Part shown: one piece after another, positions 37,801 through 51,889 of the stretch | How the letters are laid out: each line of letters starts with the position of its first letter | Position numbering within the stretch: the stretch's first letter is position 1 | Origin: Botryllus schlosseri | Taxonomy: Eukaryota | Direction of reading: 5' to 3' | Assembly: GCA_051294905.1 (NCBI GenBank) | Contig: CM119372.1 | Location: 16,122,001 to 16,186,000 of the forward strand | Length of the DNA: 64,000 nucleotides | Position numbers and translations under genes: made by a program | Notes under the pieces: generated by a model | The model's input: only the letters and a program-made list of their open reading frames with translations | Told to the model about the DNA's origin: nothing | Database searches by the model: none

Positions 37801-39013
37801 AATTCTTTATGTAATAATTGCATATGATGTTTTATCGCAATAACGAGGTATTTGGAAGTCACAATGTCGATTTTCGGAAAATATGTATGTACCCTCAAAT
37901 TTATCAGGTCGAGTCTAAATCGAAACGTGATTTTATGGCAACATTTGAGGTATTATTAATTCTATTTTTCGACGGTTGCAACCACACATTCTTATTTGGC
38001 TTGCTGTAGCTTACAATATAATACACAGAAGAGAAAAGTTGTCACATCGGAGTTTTTGAGATTATGTCTCATAGGTCCCCGGCTCGTGTGCCATTGGACC
38101 CACCGGGTGGGGACCGATGACACGTTCGAGCAACAAATTTTGAACAGTCATAAATATTTTTTGAAAAGACGGATATTCATGTATGTGTGCGCGATATGTG
38201 GAGCTTGTATCAAAGTGCTGAGCCAGCAAAAGATCTGCTGTTTTCGGCTGAACATTTCGGGGATAGCGATCATTTTCCAATTTTTGATCCACCGGTCCCA
38301 CATCTCCCCTACTACGGAATAAAGCCCTTCCGGCCATTGCTGGACTGACCATCTATCATCGTTTATCTCCATATTATAAGAACCTTCGCATTCTCAAAGT
38401 TGAGAACATATATATATTTGAATTAGCATAATTCATGTATACATAAGTTTACCAAACAAGAAGTTCCAAATTCACTTATAAACTACTTTGAATACTGCAT
38501 GCATATACGCAACTACGGTACTCGATCTAAGAGCGCTTCCACCCTATTTATGTCTAATTCCGACAATGCTTTTCCTCCCTTGAAGGGTGCTGGAATTGAT
38601 GTGTGGAATAAATTCCCCCCGCGACTAAAAAGTGTGAGTTTTCCGTCATTCAAGGCGGAGTTCCTTGACTTACTTCTCAGTAAGTACTAATCACCATCGG
38701 ATGTATTCCCCATCTGCTATTGCATCAAGGCATCCACTGTGTACTTCGTTGTTATTTTTCTATTTTCGTTTTTTTACAAACCACCATAACTAGTAAGCAT
38801 GAGTGCATGTATCTATATACTTTGTTTCTAATCTCCTAGGTTCCGGCTTGACATGAAGATCGTAAGGATCATATCGCCGGCATCCGTCTATACCGTTATA
38901 GAGCCAGCTATTATTACTGTGTATGAGTATGCAAAAAAAATACTCAAAACAAAAACATTCTGCTTATTCCGGTTGACGAAGAAATGAATCTCTCTCTCTC
39001 TCTCTCTCTCTCT
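34846..39013 (+). mobile_element. Decayed CR1/L2-group non-LTR retrotransposon (ORF1 C-terminus plus APE-RT ORF2)
   Basis: ORF1 end MNENLTKLKGDLYYKAR...YQFVWTGNGKIFLRK. APE start DLNIRSL...ILGISKTRL. Further motifs KPWLTPGI, DLKKVFDTVDHSLLIDKL and IPQGSVL...LFADDT. Ends in (TC)n at ~38988-39013. Many stops and frameshifts. Confidence 0.9.
37347..38309. mobile_element. TA-target MITE (Tc1/mariner-pogo type) inserted in the LINE
   Basis: TIRs GGGGAGATGTGG / CCACATCTCCCC flanked by TA. Removing it restores the LINE frame KALQV-LRNKAL. Confidence 0.8.
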
Positions 39014-42000
39014 TATTGCGACACCCTCTGGAAGGGAAAATAGTTATCTGCACCCTGACCGGGGTGGACCGACGAATTCTCTGTTCCGACTCCAATCATC
39101 TTTCTTGAATTCTCTGATCCGACTCCGATCCGACTATGAGGTCGGATTCTTGAAATTAGCGAAATCCGATCCGATAAACTCCGATAACAATCATCTACGA
39201 GTACCTACTCTTGGTAAACTACGAAAAAGACAGTAAACCATACGGTTCCGTTCGAGGTTATATACTGAGTATGGCAACAAAAGAAAAATGTCGATAAAAA
39301 CTCGAAGGTTTGTATTGAAAACAGGTTTGTATTGGGGCTACTGGCGTGTGGTTGGTAGTTACAACAACCATGCTCGTAAATACAATCATTAACCGTGTGA
39401 TCGCATAAAAAAAGTACAAATGCTACTCCGGTCTAATGTGAATCTGGCTACGGCCAAAAAGGTTGAAAAACGGCCGGACATCACAGCCCGGTCCGGTCCA
39501 AGCCCCGCTGTACTGCGTAAGACCGAAGCAGAACCCAAACAGGCCCCTTTCTCCCATTTCCTTACGGTCCTTTATAAATACTGTTCACTGACACATGCAG
39601 TCACATACACCGTTTACGTTGCGAACTAAAAGTCCGACCACCCAATCTTGGAATGACTGGTACATTTGTCTGCGTTATTATAAATGCAGCCGAATCGGAA
39701 GATCGATGGTCACTATAGCGACCATAGCGCGCTGTGTGCACTCTTTAAGAGTGGCGAAGATGGTGTTTTGCATTATTAGCATTGATTCTCTTCATATCGC
39801 CATTGCAGTTGGAATGTTGAAAATCAGGATCGTTGGCTTTAATCACGGCGTGTCAAACATACGGCCCACGGGCGATGTATCCGGCCCGACAGACGATTTC
39901 ATCCGGCCGTCAAAGCAATTATGAGTGGATTAAAGAATACTAGTATTGTCCAGCATATATATACCAGATATTAAGATTTGATAGTATAAGAAATACTTCC
40001 ACTAAATGATCCCGCGTCATTACGAACGAACCGCTGGAATTGACAGAAGGCAACATAGTGCACACTGTGTATGGAGTTTCATGGAAAATTGGACTGAATC
40101 CAAAACGCCAATGTGAAACCGTTATACACAGGTTACATCAGGGGTCACCGGTTCGCGGGCCCCAGGTAGCCCGCGAAGATCAGATGAGTAGCCCACGAGC
40201 TTGTTCTAAAAATAGATCTAATAGCAGCACTTAGGCCTACCAGTTAGCTTTATTAATTTAGATTAATTTAGCCGTTCTTGTTTAAATCATACTAACATGT
40301 ATCTTACAAATGACAATTCATATTTAAATAAACACTTAAAATGATGATATCAAATAACCTCAATTACAATTAGTAATATACCAACATGTAATCAAATCAC
40401 AAGACAGAGGATACGGCACACCGCCTGTATGAAGTCCAGTTCAAAGTGTGACATGATTTATTTGAAAATTTGAATTGACTGTTGTTGCATAACTCCTATA
40501 CAAACATATTGCAAAGTAATTCATGGTTTCTTGAAAATGTTTGTTGCTAGCTAGTTCAATTAAGATGTTTTGATTTTACAAGACTGTCTTGAAAGTCTTC
40601 CCGAAATGTGATTCCTGCCCAGTGCTATGAATATTAAAGTGGAAATTCAGACTGCTAAACAGGTAAACGGCGGGAGTGAATGGTAGCTCGCCGCTTCAAT
40701 CAGTACCCAAGAAGTAGCTCTTGGTTGCGAAAAGTTTGGTGACCCATCGGTTACATGAAGAATGTAATAAAATATAATTACGGATGTAGCTCCATGACTA
40801 GGCATTTTCCTGTTGTCACCGCTCGTGCATTTTGTTTTCTCATGTAGGAAACACGCACGTCTCATGCTGCATTTAGGCTATATTGTGTATATATAATTCC
40901 ATTTACTTTCAACTCGTTAATGAAAATATTAGCAAATGGTGCAATTACTGATGAACTGTCCCGTTGGACAATAGGGACATGGTTTCATCAATGAACAATT
41001 GAACATGCGCACTTGCACAGTGCAAAATACCTCAGTTCGCACAAACTTGCAAACATTCAGAGCTTCATTGCTTTTCGTTTTTGTTTTCCCGTTGGATATT
41101 TTTAATATTACAATGAATATTTAAGCCACTCGTGATTTCTAACTACTATCGGTTAGCGAGTGAAGGGCTTGGATTCAAATGTTTCAGTAACGATTTTGAA
41201 TTGTTATCATAAGTGATGTTTTGATGTGTGTGAATGCAGGTAACTATGCACGCATATCGAATCGACTATTCGGATTAGATATTGCAGAAGCATGAAGTCG
41301 GTCGGTTTTGCATTTGGTGAATTGAGTCTCCAACTCCGTCGTCAATTCGGTTTTTACTCTCGCTGTTTGATGACACTAAGTCAATAGTGCACGTTTTGTG
41401 ACTTCGTTTGATATGAAAGGTTAAATTATAGAGGGTTTCGTATCGTTATTTCGAGTATACATGTACGAATTCCAGGCGATGCCTAAACTGCCAAAAATGA
41501 AATCCGAAAAAAGCGAAAAACATTCTGTTTTTGGTATTTTTGGCATATGCCAAAAATAACACGGCCTGGTAATAACTAACAAGAGATCGAACTCCAACGT
41601 CCGCATTTACATTTAAATCTGTTGTATTGCTCACAACGCATACGTAGGACTAATGACTAAAGGAAAGGGAGCTTAGAAATATGCCAACTTTTATCGCCGT
41701 TAGAGCCACTGCCGTGGCGGTTTGTAGCTGTATTCGACCGGTCAATCATCGTAATTTTGCCAATATTGCTGTTTGTGGTGTTGCTAGAATAGAACCCTTG
41801 TAATCCGTAATATAATTTAGCATACCATTTTCAGACGCTAGAATGACCGGATAATAAAGTATTCAAGTGTAAAGTAAGGGCGGGGTTTTCGAGGTGACAT
41901 TTTTGACATTTGACATTTGACTGGTCCGGTCCGCGAGCGATCTTAAAGTCTGAATCCGTCCCGCGACACAAGTTGAGTTTGCCACCCCTACGGCTTTAAT

Positions 42001-45000
42001 AATCCACCCCGCTGGTCATGTGTGTTACCTGGACTTGAAAACTGGTTCAAGCTGACCTATGAGTCAAGGATCAGTAATTATGGTGAAATAGCACGCAACG
42101 ACAACCTATATGCAGCAGCAATCGACAATGAACTCACATAAGGCCGTGCTTGGTTCATAGTCTCTTTTACTTTGGTACAATTGCGTCCATGTTACAGGAC
42201 GGAAAGATACATAATATAACGTTTTAGTCCTTGCTGCATGGCATAGTACTGTATTTGAGGAATTACTATACTGATTTCAAGCCTCTATGTTTGTTCGTTT
42301 GTTTTTGGTATTCATGGTGTTTCGACTACATTGGTCATTTTACACCGGCCGATAGTCTTTTATATTTGATACCAGGCCGATAGTCTTAGATATTTGATTC
42401 CGTATTTACCGACTTGTAGTTGGGCCCACTTCTAGGCTTTTTATAAGACACCGCTTACGCGAATAGCAGCCTATATATGTGTGTTTACCAAGTAATACAT
42501 AATACAGTATTTGTTGAATCGTTCGGTATCGAATTACCGAACGGTGTACTTCTGACGGTGTAACTATGCCAACAGTGCCATCACTGCTACTTATATATTC
42601 CACAAATCGGTATGTAGCAAAATGTAAATTTTAACAATCAGTTGAAAATCATGAAAAACCATTATTAAACCCATCCTTAGCTATTTACGGGTGATAAAGA
42701 TTTTTTTCTTTTTTTTATATTTTACCTAATTTTTTACAAATTTGTCAAATTTAACAGCTTTTTTTCTTGGTTTCCCACAAGAGTTGAACTTCAACATTTT
42801 AACACATGTTATAAGAGACCTTGGCGAACATATTGGAAAAGAAATTGTTTGGTAACAACATAGTTCATAGATTTGTGAAATATTCCACAAAATGCCCTAA
42901 CTAAATACATAATTCACGAACGTGCAGAAACAGGTATTGGCGAATGCCTTCTATCGGTTTACTGCGGATTTGTCGCGGATAGCGCGAAAAAAATTGAAGT
43001 CAATGAATGATTTGGTCAATAAAAAGAAAATTCTTTTACCTCGTTTTGATTTCAACTATAGTGCACTAAAACCCTTCTCGGCCAAATAAGTTGTTGGGTT
43101 CTGCACAAGATCGTCTAGTATAGTCCTTGGATGCCAGGTCTTTATAAGAACCATCCGGCACCCCTATTCATAATAAAGCGTATTTTTACTAAGTGAAAAT
43201 CCTTGCTGTTTTTAGGAGTTGCTGTTGCAATTGTACCCAAAACAGCTCTACAAAACATGTCCAGCGCACGCTATTTCAAATTAGGCTGAATTAACCTACT
43301 CTGCGTATCGCTGCGTATCGCATTCGTACTACTGTTTACTCGGATTGCCAGAGCGGGATTACTCGGTGCCGACTTCCGACCATTTCAACGACGGAGCATA
43401 TCCATATCGAAAGTTTTGGCCAACCATCAACTGTCGTTTTTGACCTAGGTTTTTATCAGCGGTATTAGAGTTATTTGAATTAATCCACGTCAGAAAAAGT
43501 AACAATTATTAATGATTTTCATCCGCATTCATCAGGATTTTCTTCCGCACCATTCGCACCATGTTCGTCATTCATACTGCAAAGTTTTTTTATACGCACA
43601 AGTGCGTACCATCCCAAAGGTTGAAAAGCACTGCAATACAATATACCCATCAATTCATTCTCGAGATACAATTGCAACCTGCTTCAATTGTTGACGAGGT
43701 ATATAAATGTACAAATTATATCCGTTCGATTCAAGTTATATAACTGGGTTGGTTGAGGTGAGCACTGAGCACTCAATTACGAGAGATACCTACATTGCTA
43801 TTACGTTACCACTAGTTTGCGACAACATGAGCTGATCAATTCGTTTGCGGTCAATTTATTAGGGATATAACAATGGAGGACCTATAAAACGCAAAATCAC
43901 AGGTCACATCAGCGTATCGCGAATATAATCCGAATATATACTAGATTCACTGATTTAGTCGACTTCGATTACTGGATGACTTGAAATTGACTCGTAAATT
44001 TTGCTCCGACTCACCAGTTAATCCCCATTTCTCAAACACCGATTCAAGTCAAGTCAAAGTCAAGTCAAGTCATACACTGACTTGGCGGGTAATTCAAAGT
44101 CGGATCGCTTGGAATGTAAATTACAGCGCCCTGTGGCAAAATGTAAATTGAGAACCTAATTGGAAGATGAAAGCTGGGTATCATTATCGTCATCGAGAGA
44201 TAATGTCGGCTCTGGAGAGCGTATACACAGTAGCCTACCTCTTGCTAAATGATAGTTCCTAAATCCATAGCGAGACGTAAAATCGTACGTCCATCCTCCA
44301 TTTTCCTCTATCCACTTTCGTCTTGCAGTCGTACCAGCAAACAGCAGACTCTTGTTTCGTTGGCTTTTCCTAACTTAAATCTCAGCGTCAAATACAACAG
44401 TAACAGTAGCGATTTAAGTAACAGCGGAATTGGAAACTGAATAATGAACAACAGGGCCTTTTGGTCAGTTATCAATCGTAATTTACGACCATGTAAAAGA
44501 TACCCCCACTTTCTTATAGCATGTATGACTGCGGCTGCTTCTTTTTCGACAGCAGGATAATTTAGTTCACTTTTAGCAAATGTTCGTGTTGCAAATGCTA
44601 CAGGTCTACCTCGCTGGCTGAGAATAGCAGCAATAGCGTTGTTAGACGCATCACATTCAATTTCAAATGGTTCAAATTCGTTAATATAACAAAGGGATGC
44701 TTTTCATAAAGTTTTCCTTTAGAACATTGAATGAGATTAGGGCAGGCACATTCCCCCCACTCAGTGGAAAAACCGAATTGCTAAGCATTGGTTCGATTTT
44801 ATCAGAAAAGCTTGGAATCCACATTGAATAATATGCGAACATACCCAAGATCCCTTTCATCTCTTTATCCGATTTAGGGGGTGGCAACTCAATCAACGGT
44901 TTCAGATGATCTGGGTCTGGTTTAATGGATCCGTGCGACACCAGATGGTCCAATAGACGCAATTCACTCACGGTATAGACGGATTTGTCCTCGGTCAACG

Positions 45001-46515
45001 TTAGTCGACTATCGGATGCGGCTTTGAGGAAAGCTTGAAGTCTCTCGTCTTGTTCGACGGCATCTTTACCGAATATGGCGATGTTGTCCAAGTAAGCCAG
45101 AGTCCCCTTCAAACCGTAGTCGTCGATGAACGAATCGATAAAACGTTGGAAAGCAGCCACTCCATTGGTGATGACGAAGGCAACCTGCAAAACTGATAAA
45201 GGATGCCGCAAGCTTCAAAGGCTGTAAACGGCTTGTCAGATGAAGTTACCGGGACTTGGTGATAAGCCGACTTCATATCAATAGTCGAATATACTTTACC
45301 TTTCGATACTTCGTTTAGGACGATAGTCTCCATTTTTGGAAAGGGTACGCGTCAAACGGAGTATACCTGTTTACGGTTTGCGAATAATCCATGACAAGTC
45401 TTTTCTTGTGCCTGGAATCCTTCGAAACCAATACTTGAGCACGCCAAGGACAACGAGAAGGCCCAATTATTCCCTCTTCGAGTTACCGATTAACTTCGTT
45501 CTTGATGAACGATTGATCTTCGTGACTGTAATTTATTGACGGAGTGGCGATCGGCTTGCAATTAGAAACTAGGAAATGAAATAGCTGAGAGGTTCTGCCT
45601 CAGCAGGGGACGAAGCGCACGATCGACTTTGTATTGTCAACGGTTCTTCGTTTCCGTCAAACTCGATGATGACTGATGACTTCATTGTGCTTCTTCATGA
45701 AATCATGACCAAGAATTACATCAGCGCACAAATCTTTAACCACCCCGAATGTGATACCCACGTAGTTTCGAGATAGCATTTCGAAAGAAACAGTAAAGGT
45801 GCCGGATACTTCAGCGGTCGCTGTCTTGGACGCGAGTGATATTGTGGTGGGCTGACCTCGTGGCAGGAATTCTAGTTTAATAGCTAGTAACTCGTCCATA
45901 TAATTTTCGAAGTAGCTAGAGTCTAACTAAACGCCCACAAGTAATTGGTGAATTTTATCTGAGCATGACGCACGCCAGGGACAATTAGGGACTCCGGCTA
46001 GAAGCATGCTGGCGGTCGCTCGGATGTCATATGAACGAGGGGATCGACATACCTTTACAAAATGCCCCTTTATTTCGCATTTCAGGCACTCGACGTCCTT
46101 TGCAGAACATTATCGCTTGTCTGCCACATGAGATCCACCGCAGAAAATCCATGTGCGCAGTAATCTCAGTGCTCCAGGCTATTTTTTTTTATAGCGGCGC
46201 TAGAATCTGTCCCGTGCTCCTGATCCCTTTGCCGAGCTGCTGCAATTTCCGTAGAAGTGACGGTATCAGACGAAGGAGTGGTGACATTGTACGAGCTTGC
46301 GAACAACTTGGCTCTTTCCAATGTGGCGCAGTCTGGGAGGCTTTTGCATAGTTAACTCATCGCATTCCAGTAATCTCTGTCGAATTGCCACGACCTCAGC
46401 CCAATGATGAAAGCGTCTCTTACAGTTTCCTATTTATGCTTTTGAGCATTTACCGCCATAAAGTTAAAATCTTTAGACAATGCCATTAATTTTCTGTAAA
46501 ATTCTGGCACGTTAA

Positions 46516-48245
46516 CACTAGAACGATCAAGTGGCTTTTCTGACGCATTTTCATTTTTGAAGAGCTGGCATTCAGTCAAATCTTACGCTGTTCGGCTGAA
46601 ACTTCTTGACTTTTATTTATTTTATGTAGGCCACCTTACCCATGATTTTCATCACTCATCTAGTACAAATAAAAAAGTTATACACAGAACTACCTAGAAC
46701 TACCGAGTGGCTTTTTTGACGCATTACACTTTTTCTACCTTCAGGCATCGCAGTTTCATATTCTTGAAAGTGGTTATGTATCTGATAAACGCAGAAAAGC
46801 CGTTTGTAAGAACAGAACTTTGTTAATATCGACTCGGTCTAACTGTGTAAGCAACAAAATCCCTTGTAACAGAAGGCCCTGGATCTTCCTCGTTCCAAGT
46901 CACCAAAGCTCTGTAATATTATATTTCTAAAGCTCAGCGTGTTACAGGACATGAAATTGTGAATGTACCATTAGACCAAACCGACATCTGTATTGTCCAT
47001 ACTAATATACTAGGGTTGTACAAGGGCAAAGGGCCTTTGCTCCGGTCTACGAGATGGATCTTCGGGGGGAGAGTGAGCTGAATCTAGTGAATTGAATGCA
47101 TATGAGGACTGAGGGCATGGGTGCATTATGTTTAGTCAGGCCCTCTCGAAGAACAGGTTTATGGAAGTCATGAGCTTTCCATTGACATAAGGACTAAAAA
47201 ACGGTGTGGACTCGATAAAGATAATATTGTTTTCGTTCATTACATGGTCGAAATGCCAGCAAATAATTGGGGTAAAATGTCAGATGGTGGACGCTGCTGC
47301 TACCAAGTATCTGTACAAGGGCGTCTCATATTTAGGCAAGGATAGGACAGGACACCTCTTCCATAATCTATACATTTGCCAAGCATAGTAATGTGAAGAG
47401 TCTGATGTAATCCATGTCGAAACAATGTTACGTGAATGTGGCTGTATACGCTTGGAGAAGCAAACGAAGTCCCAGTTGACACTATTGTCAAAAGTTGCTT
47501 GAAGCTACCCAGGACCAGAAGGAACACAGGCAGCTTCATGTAGCCACACTTTTCAAAGCTATCATCTTGATGATAAGCGTAACGGCGAGATGCCAGTATA
47601 GAGATCGAATTTGTACAGATATATATTGAGTTCACTGCAACCTGAGGTAACTGTTTCTTTCAAAAACAACACAAACAAGAAACCAGTGACGGTTAAATGT
47701 TATAACGAAACAAAACCAGGGGGATATTATTGGTCAGGTTGCAAGGCAGTATTCTATGAGGGTACCAACAAGTCGACGAAGGTCCGTGCATGTTTTCTTA
47801 GAATGTGAATGATCGTCTACTTTCCAAAATGCCGATACTCTAAAAATATGCAAATCGAGGATTAGTTGCAAAATTGAATTATGCAAATCTTATCTGATAA
47901 GCTTTATGATATGTCAGCAATAACCAACAATGATGATGTGGCTAAAGCGGATCTGGAACCTACTCTAAATTTTTAAAGAACGTGCTCAAATACCAAATGC
48001 GCACCAGAGCAACACTTATATGTTACACCAAAAAACGGCGATTTGTTTTATAAGTGTTGACCTAAGGTGTATGTAAAATATTGCAAGTAGCTCTGAGCGC
48101 AATAAACAATGGTTTCTGATACCGTTTGTTGAGATTTGTGCTGATTTTTAGCTCCGATAAATGCATTTAATCGAAGAAAATTCAACATGCGTCAAAAAAT
48201 CCACAAGGTAGTTCTAGGTAGTTCGAAGTTCCGGTAGTTCTAGTG
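46516..48245 (+). mobile_element. Decayed piggyBac element inserted in Gypsy gag
   Basis: TTAA|CACTAGAAC...GTTCTAGTG|TTAA. Transposase remnants GVKCQMVDAAATKYLYKGVSYLGK and ILSSLQ...KKPVTVKCYNETK. Confidence 0.88.
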
Positions 48246-48405
48246 TTAACTCTGACCTCTTGCGTTGCAGTTGCTAACAGATGTCGGGCGTAGACTACGT
48301 TTTTCTTCTTTTTGTAAAGGGACTGCAGCTCGGTGATAGCAGCATCGCAATTATCAATTTTTTTCAATAAATGAGAAGGCTTCAGGTGATAAATAACCTG
48401 CCAAT

Positions 48406-49392
48406 TAGGGATGGTGTGAACGTGAGGTTCACGTTTACGTTCTGTGTGTGAACCTCGGAAATTTAGAGGTTCACGTTCGCAAGCGAACCTTGGTAGTTTC
48501 TGCACTGTGAACCTTTTTCATATACTACAATTTTGGCTCCATTATAACATCTTTGGTTGAAATTTACTGCATTTCAACTGTGGGCCACTCTATGCATGGC
48601 GCTGGCCCCATAAAACAAGTCAACACTAAACGAGCAAGCATCCTGACAATCTCAAAACTTTTACTTGCTTGTTACAGAAGTTTGCTCGAACTATCCAGCT
48701 TTCCGTTTCTGAATATTTAGTAACTCTCTGGTGTGAGCTTGACCCCCATTAACACAACATCAAGAGTGAAATACACTACCTGTAGGTATAGTCAGCGAAT
48801 GAAGCTTGTTCAACCAATTAGTGAAATTGATATCGTTGTCTGATGTAAAATATCTAGCAGGCGTGCGTGATCAATCTTGATGTTTATTGTATCATAAAAA
48901 CCAATTGGGGTATTGGCTTCTGCTTTAATTAGTTAAGGGGTAATATCGGTGGCAAGTACAGAAACCCGTTTTCCACTCTGCTCGATATCAACGTAACAAT
49001 ACTCAGACGCCGCATACATTGTCCGGTCTGGCCTAGACACTTGAGGCGTAAGCATATATTCCCTTGCAAGTCGTCGTCGAAATTGTTGGCATATTGACGG
49101 AAGATACTGATTTTATGGGAGTATTATATCATTCGATTGCCCCACTTAATACATTTGGTGACATTTAAAACGTCAATATGTACTTCAGCATTCCGGGATT
49201 ATGTGGTTCGAGTCGTCGCTAGGTATAGTGTGTACATTAATATAGGCCATCACTTCCATGAAATGTAGGGTGGGAATTAGCAATATTACTTCACGTGACG
49301 CCATGAGGTTCACGTTCGCGTTCACACAGTACCTTTCAATAAGGCTCCTGTTCACACGAACCTGAACCTTCCAGAGGTTCGCACCATCCCTA
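48406..49392. mobile_element. hAT MITE family A copy inserted in Gypsy gag
   Basis: Same TIRs as 7112-8097. TSD CTGCCAAT/CTGACAAT. Confidence 0.88.
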
Positions 49393-49849
49393 CTGACAAT
49401 ATAGCGAGCTTGTTTGAATCAGTTGATGGAGCAGTTATAGCTTCGATTAAACTCTTCAACATTCGATCCCAATGAGAGAAGATCTTTACACTATCTGCAG
49501 AGTCTGGTAGAACGTCAAACGTTGGTACTTTAATATACTTTTCTCTGGACATTACTACAGTCTACAGGCGATATATCCACTGTGTGATACCTTCTATATC
49601 AGGGTTGGCCAAACTACGGCCCGCGGTGCGCATGCAGCCCGCGAAAACCTCAATAAACGTTGTAGTGATATTGATATGCGTAAAAAATCAAATTACTGTA
49701 GGTAGGCTACTTGATTAGACCCTTTCCTAATATATATCAACATGATAATGCTAAGTTATAAATTCTTACCACAGTATTTTTGTTATTGATGGTGCGATTT
49801 CGAGTTCACACGAAACAGAATCTTTCAGGTGATCACACCATCCCTACTA

Positions 49850-50342
49850 TTAATCATGCCACCTTTAATTGGCGATAATAACATGGATAGAGAGACCCAA
49901 GATGGAACTACCTATACATCATGGAGGCAACAGAATGCCAACGGTTGTCATACCGACCCGCTTAGATAGCGAAACCCGCTACTATACGCCGCAGCGTCTG
50001 CTACGAAAGGACGTAGGAAAGGAGAGGACGTAGTTTATTTTTGTCCTTGATGTTTTTTGCGGCATATACACCGACTCATGATACACATACACACGATCTG
50101 TGCATATGCATACCATGAGTGCATGATGTGCATATGCCGCTGGACAAGGAAGTGCAGATGTAGCCTTTACGGCCTTCCAAGTCATGCACCACCCCTCCAT
50201 GCTATCCCAGTAATGCATGAGCGCCAAGCAGTGAAGTCATGGTTACCAGTGTTACTAATCAGGTCTTTGGTCTGACCCGGCCGGGGATCGAACCCACGAG
50301 CTACCGATCAAGAAGCCGGACGCTCCACCATTACACTACTAT
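49850..50342 (-). mobile_element. tRNA-derived SINE
   Basis: The minus-strand head has an A-box-like TAGTGTAATGG (50328-50338) and a B-box GGTTCGATCC (50285-50294), with no complete cloverleaf. A related 3' segment lies near 59480-59550. The 3' boundary is approximate. Confidence 0.6.
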
Positions 50343-51889
50343 TCCTAATGATAGCTTGATAGTTTGTTGCTTCCGTGGCTTTATAAACCTAGGGTGTTTC
50401 ACGTCGCAAGTCCTACTCTGATGATAAATGTTTGAACCGTTCGCCTAGAGTCATTTTTATATTATCTCTGCTCAGCGGTCGCAAGCAATGATAAGAATAT
50501 TTGGTTCACTCACAATGTGAATACGATATACCCAATTCTGTAAATACGCATTTTGTCATTTTTTTCGGAGAGGGGTGCTCACATCGAAAGCAATAAATCT
50601 AGTTACACTAATTCCAAGCTGGATGGTTCTGTCCAAAATACTTTGTTTGGGTTAATTTACGTAAATTTACGAAAAAATTGACGATGGCAAGTAACTTCTA
50701 CAATTACCGCGCGGGCGTATAAGAACCTTCTCCCGTGCCACGAGTTGGCCGCCCCTGAGCGAGTTGAAGATTACATCGTCAATTACGACATATGAGTTAG
50801 TATATTTCACAGACACACACGTGCACGTACACACAGCAGCGAAAGAGATAGCGCGCAACTGGGATTAATCAATCTTCGACAGATGTGTCAAAATGATATA
50901 TTTTACACCCAATTCTGAGGAGGCAAAAAAGTGCGAATTCAATTCACTGACTAAAAACTAGTTATTCACCGGAGGGGAAATCCCAATGCTGGACCCCGAT
51001 ATTCCGGTTACATGGAAAATATAATAGAGCTCTCCAGCCTCGAGCGAAACAGAAATAGCGATATAATATTATGAAGCAAATTACAACGTCCGCGTTTAGT
51101 TGAATCTTCTGCATTCCTCACAACGCATACGCAGGGTTGATGTCAATATATCACTAAAACGAAGAGAGCATAGAACTATGCTAAATCGTTATAACTGTAT
51201 TCAGCCTCTCAATCATCGCTTTATTGCGAATTCCACTGTTTGCGAATAAAGGTGCAGCTGCAGTAGACCCCTACGGTCCGTATTATGATCAAATATACTA
51301 TTGTGTATATAGGTTAGTTAATGAAGTATTCAAATGAAAAATAAGAACATGGATGTTAAGGTATTTTGGGATTGAGGAATTCTGGAGCGGCCCGCAGACG
51401 ATCTGAAGTATTGAATCCGGCCCACGACGTCAGTTGAGTTTGACATCCCTTATTCACGACATCTATTTAACACAGAGAGCATATATGATACGCCGCTCGG
51501 TAGTAACCAATTTTATTGACCAAGTTCAGGCAATGCTTTTTCTAGTGTCTATATGAATACTGCAGCATTGCAGAGCTCTCTTTCATTAGCGGAGGTGAGA
51601 CCAATTGGACATATATGATAATATGACTCGTACTTGAATGCGATTTTGCACTAATAAGCATCCGAGCTGTCGAGTAATGCGCACTAATTGCAACATCGTT
51701 CCGATTTGATGGTCATGTCTCTTGTTGAATTACACCACGTGTCCTGTGGACTTTCTGGAAGTCAAGCAGCATCTACCGTAAAACATTAGATATTCCACGA
51801 GTAGATTGTTAGGATTATATCCAGGGTCTGATAATAAAAAAGGGTAATCTAGACATTTTATACCCGTCCCACTCATTCCATAACATATA

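Larger units (their letters stand above)
44445..49552 (-). mobile_element. Decayed Ty3/Gypsy LTR-retrotransposon internal region (gag-PR-RT-RNaseH; integrase and LTRs not seen)
   Basis: gag: KIFSHWDRML...KNVVYARHLLAT...LMALSKDFNF...VRDAFIIGL. Protease region: LCADVILGHDF. RT: STIDMKSAYHQV...AYLDNIAIFG. RNase H: FEIECDASNNAIAAILSQRGRPVAF...EKEAAAV...LITDQKAL. Confidence 0.92.

Noticed and set aside
50270..50342. tRNA gene (also tRNA-like heads near 2110-2190 and 63050-63118)
   Set aside because: A/B-box-like motifs are present, but I could not build a full cloverleaf or acceptor stem. These are better explained as SINE heads.
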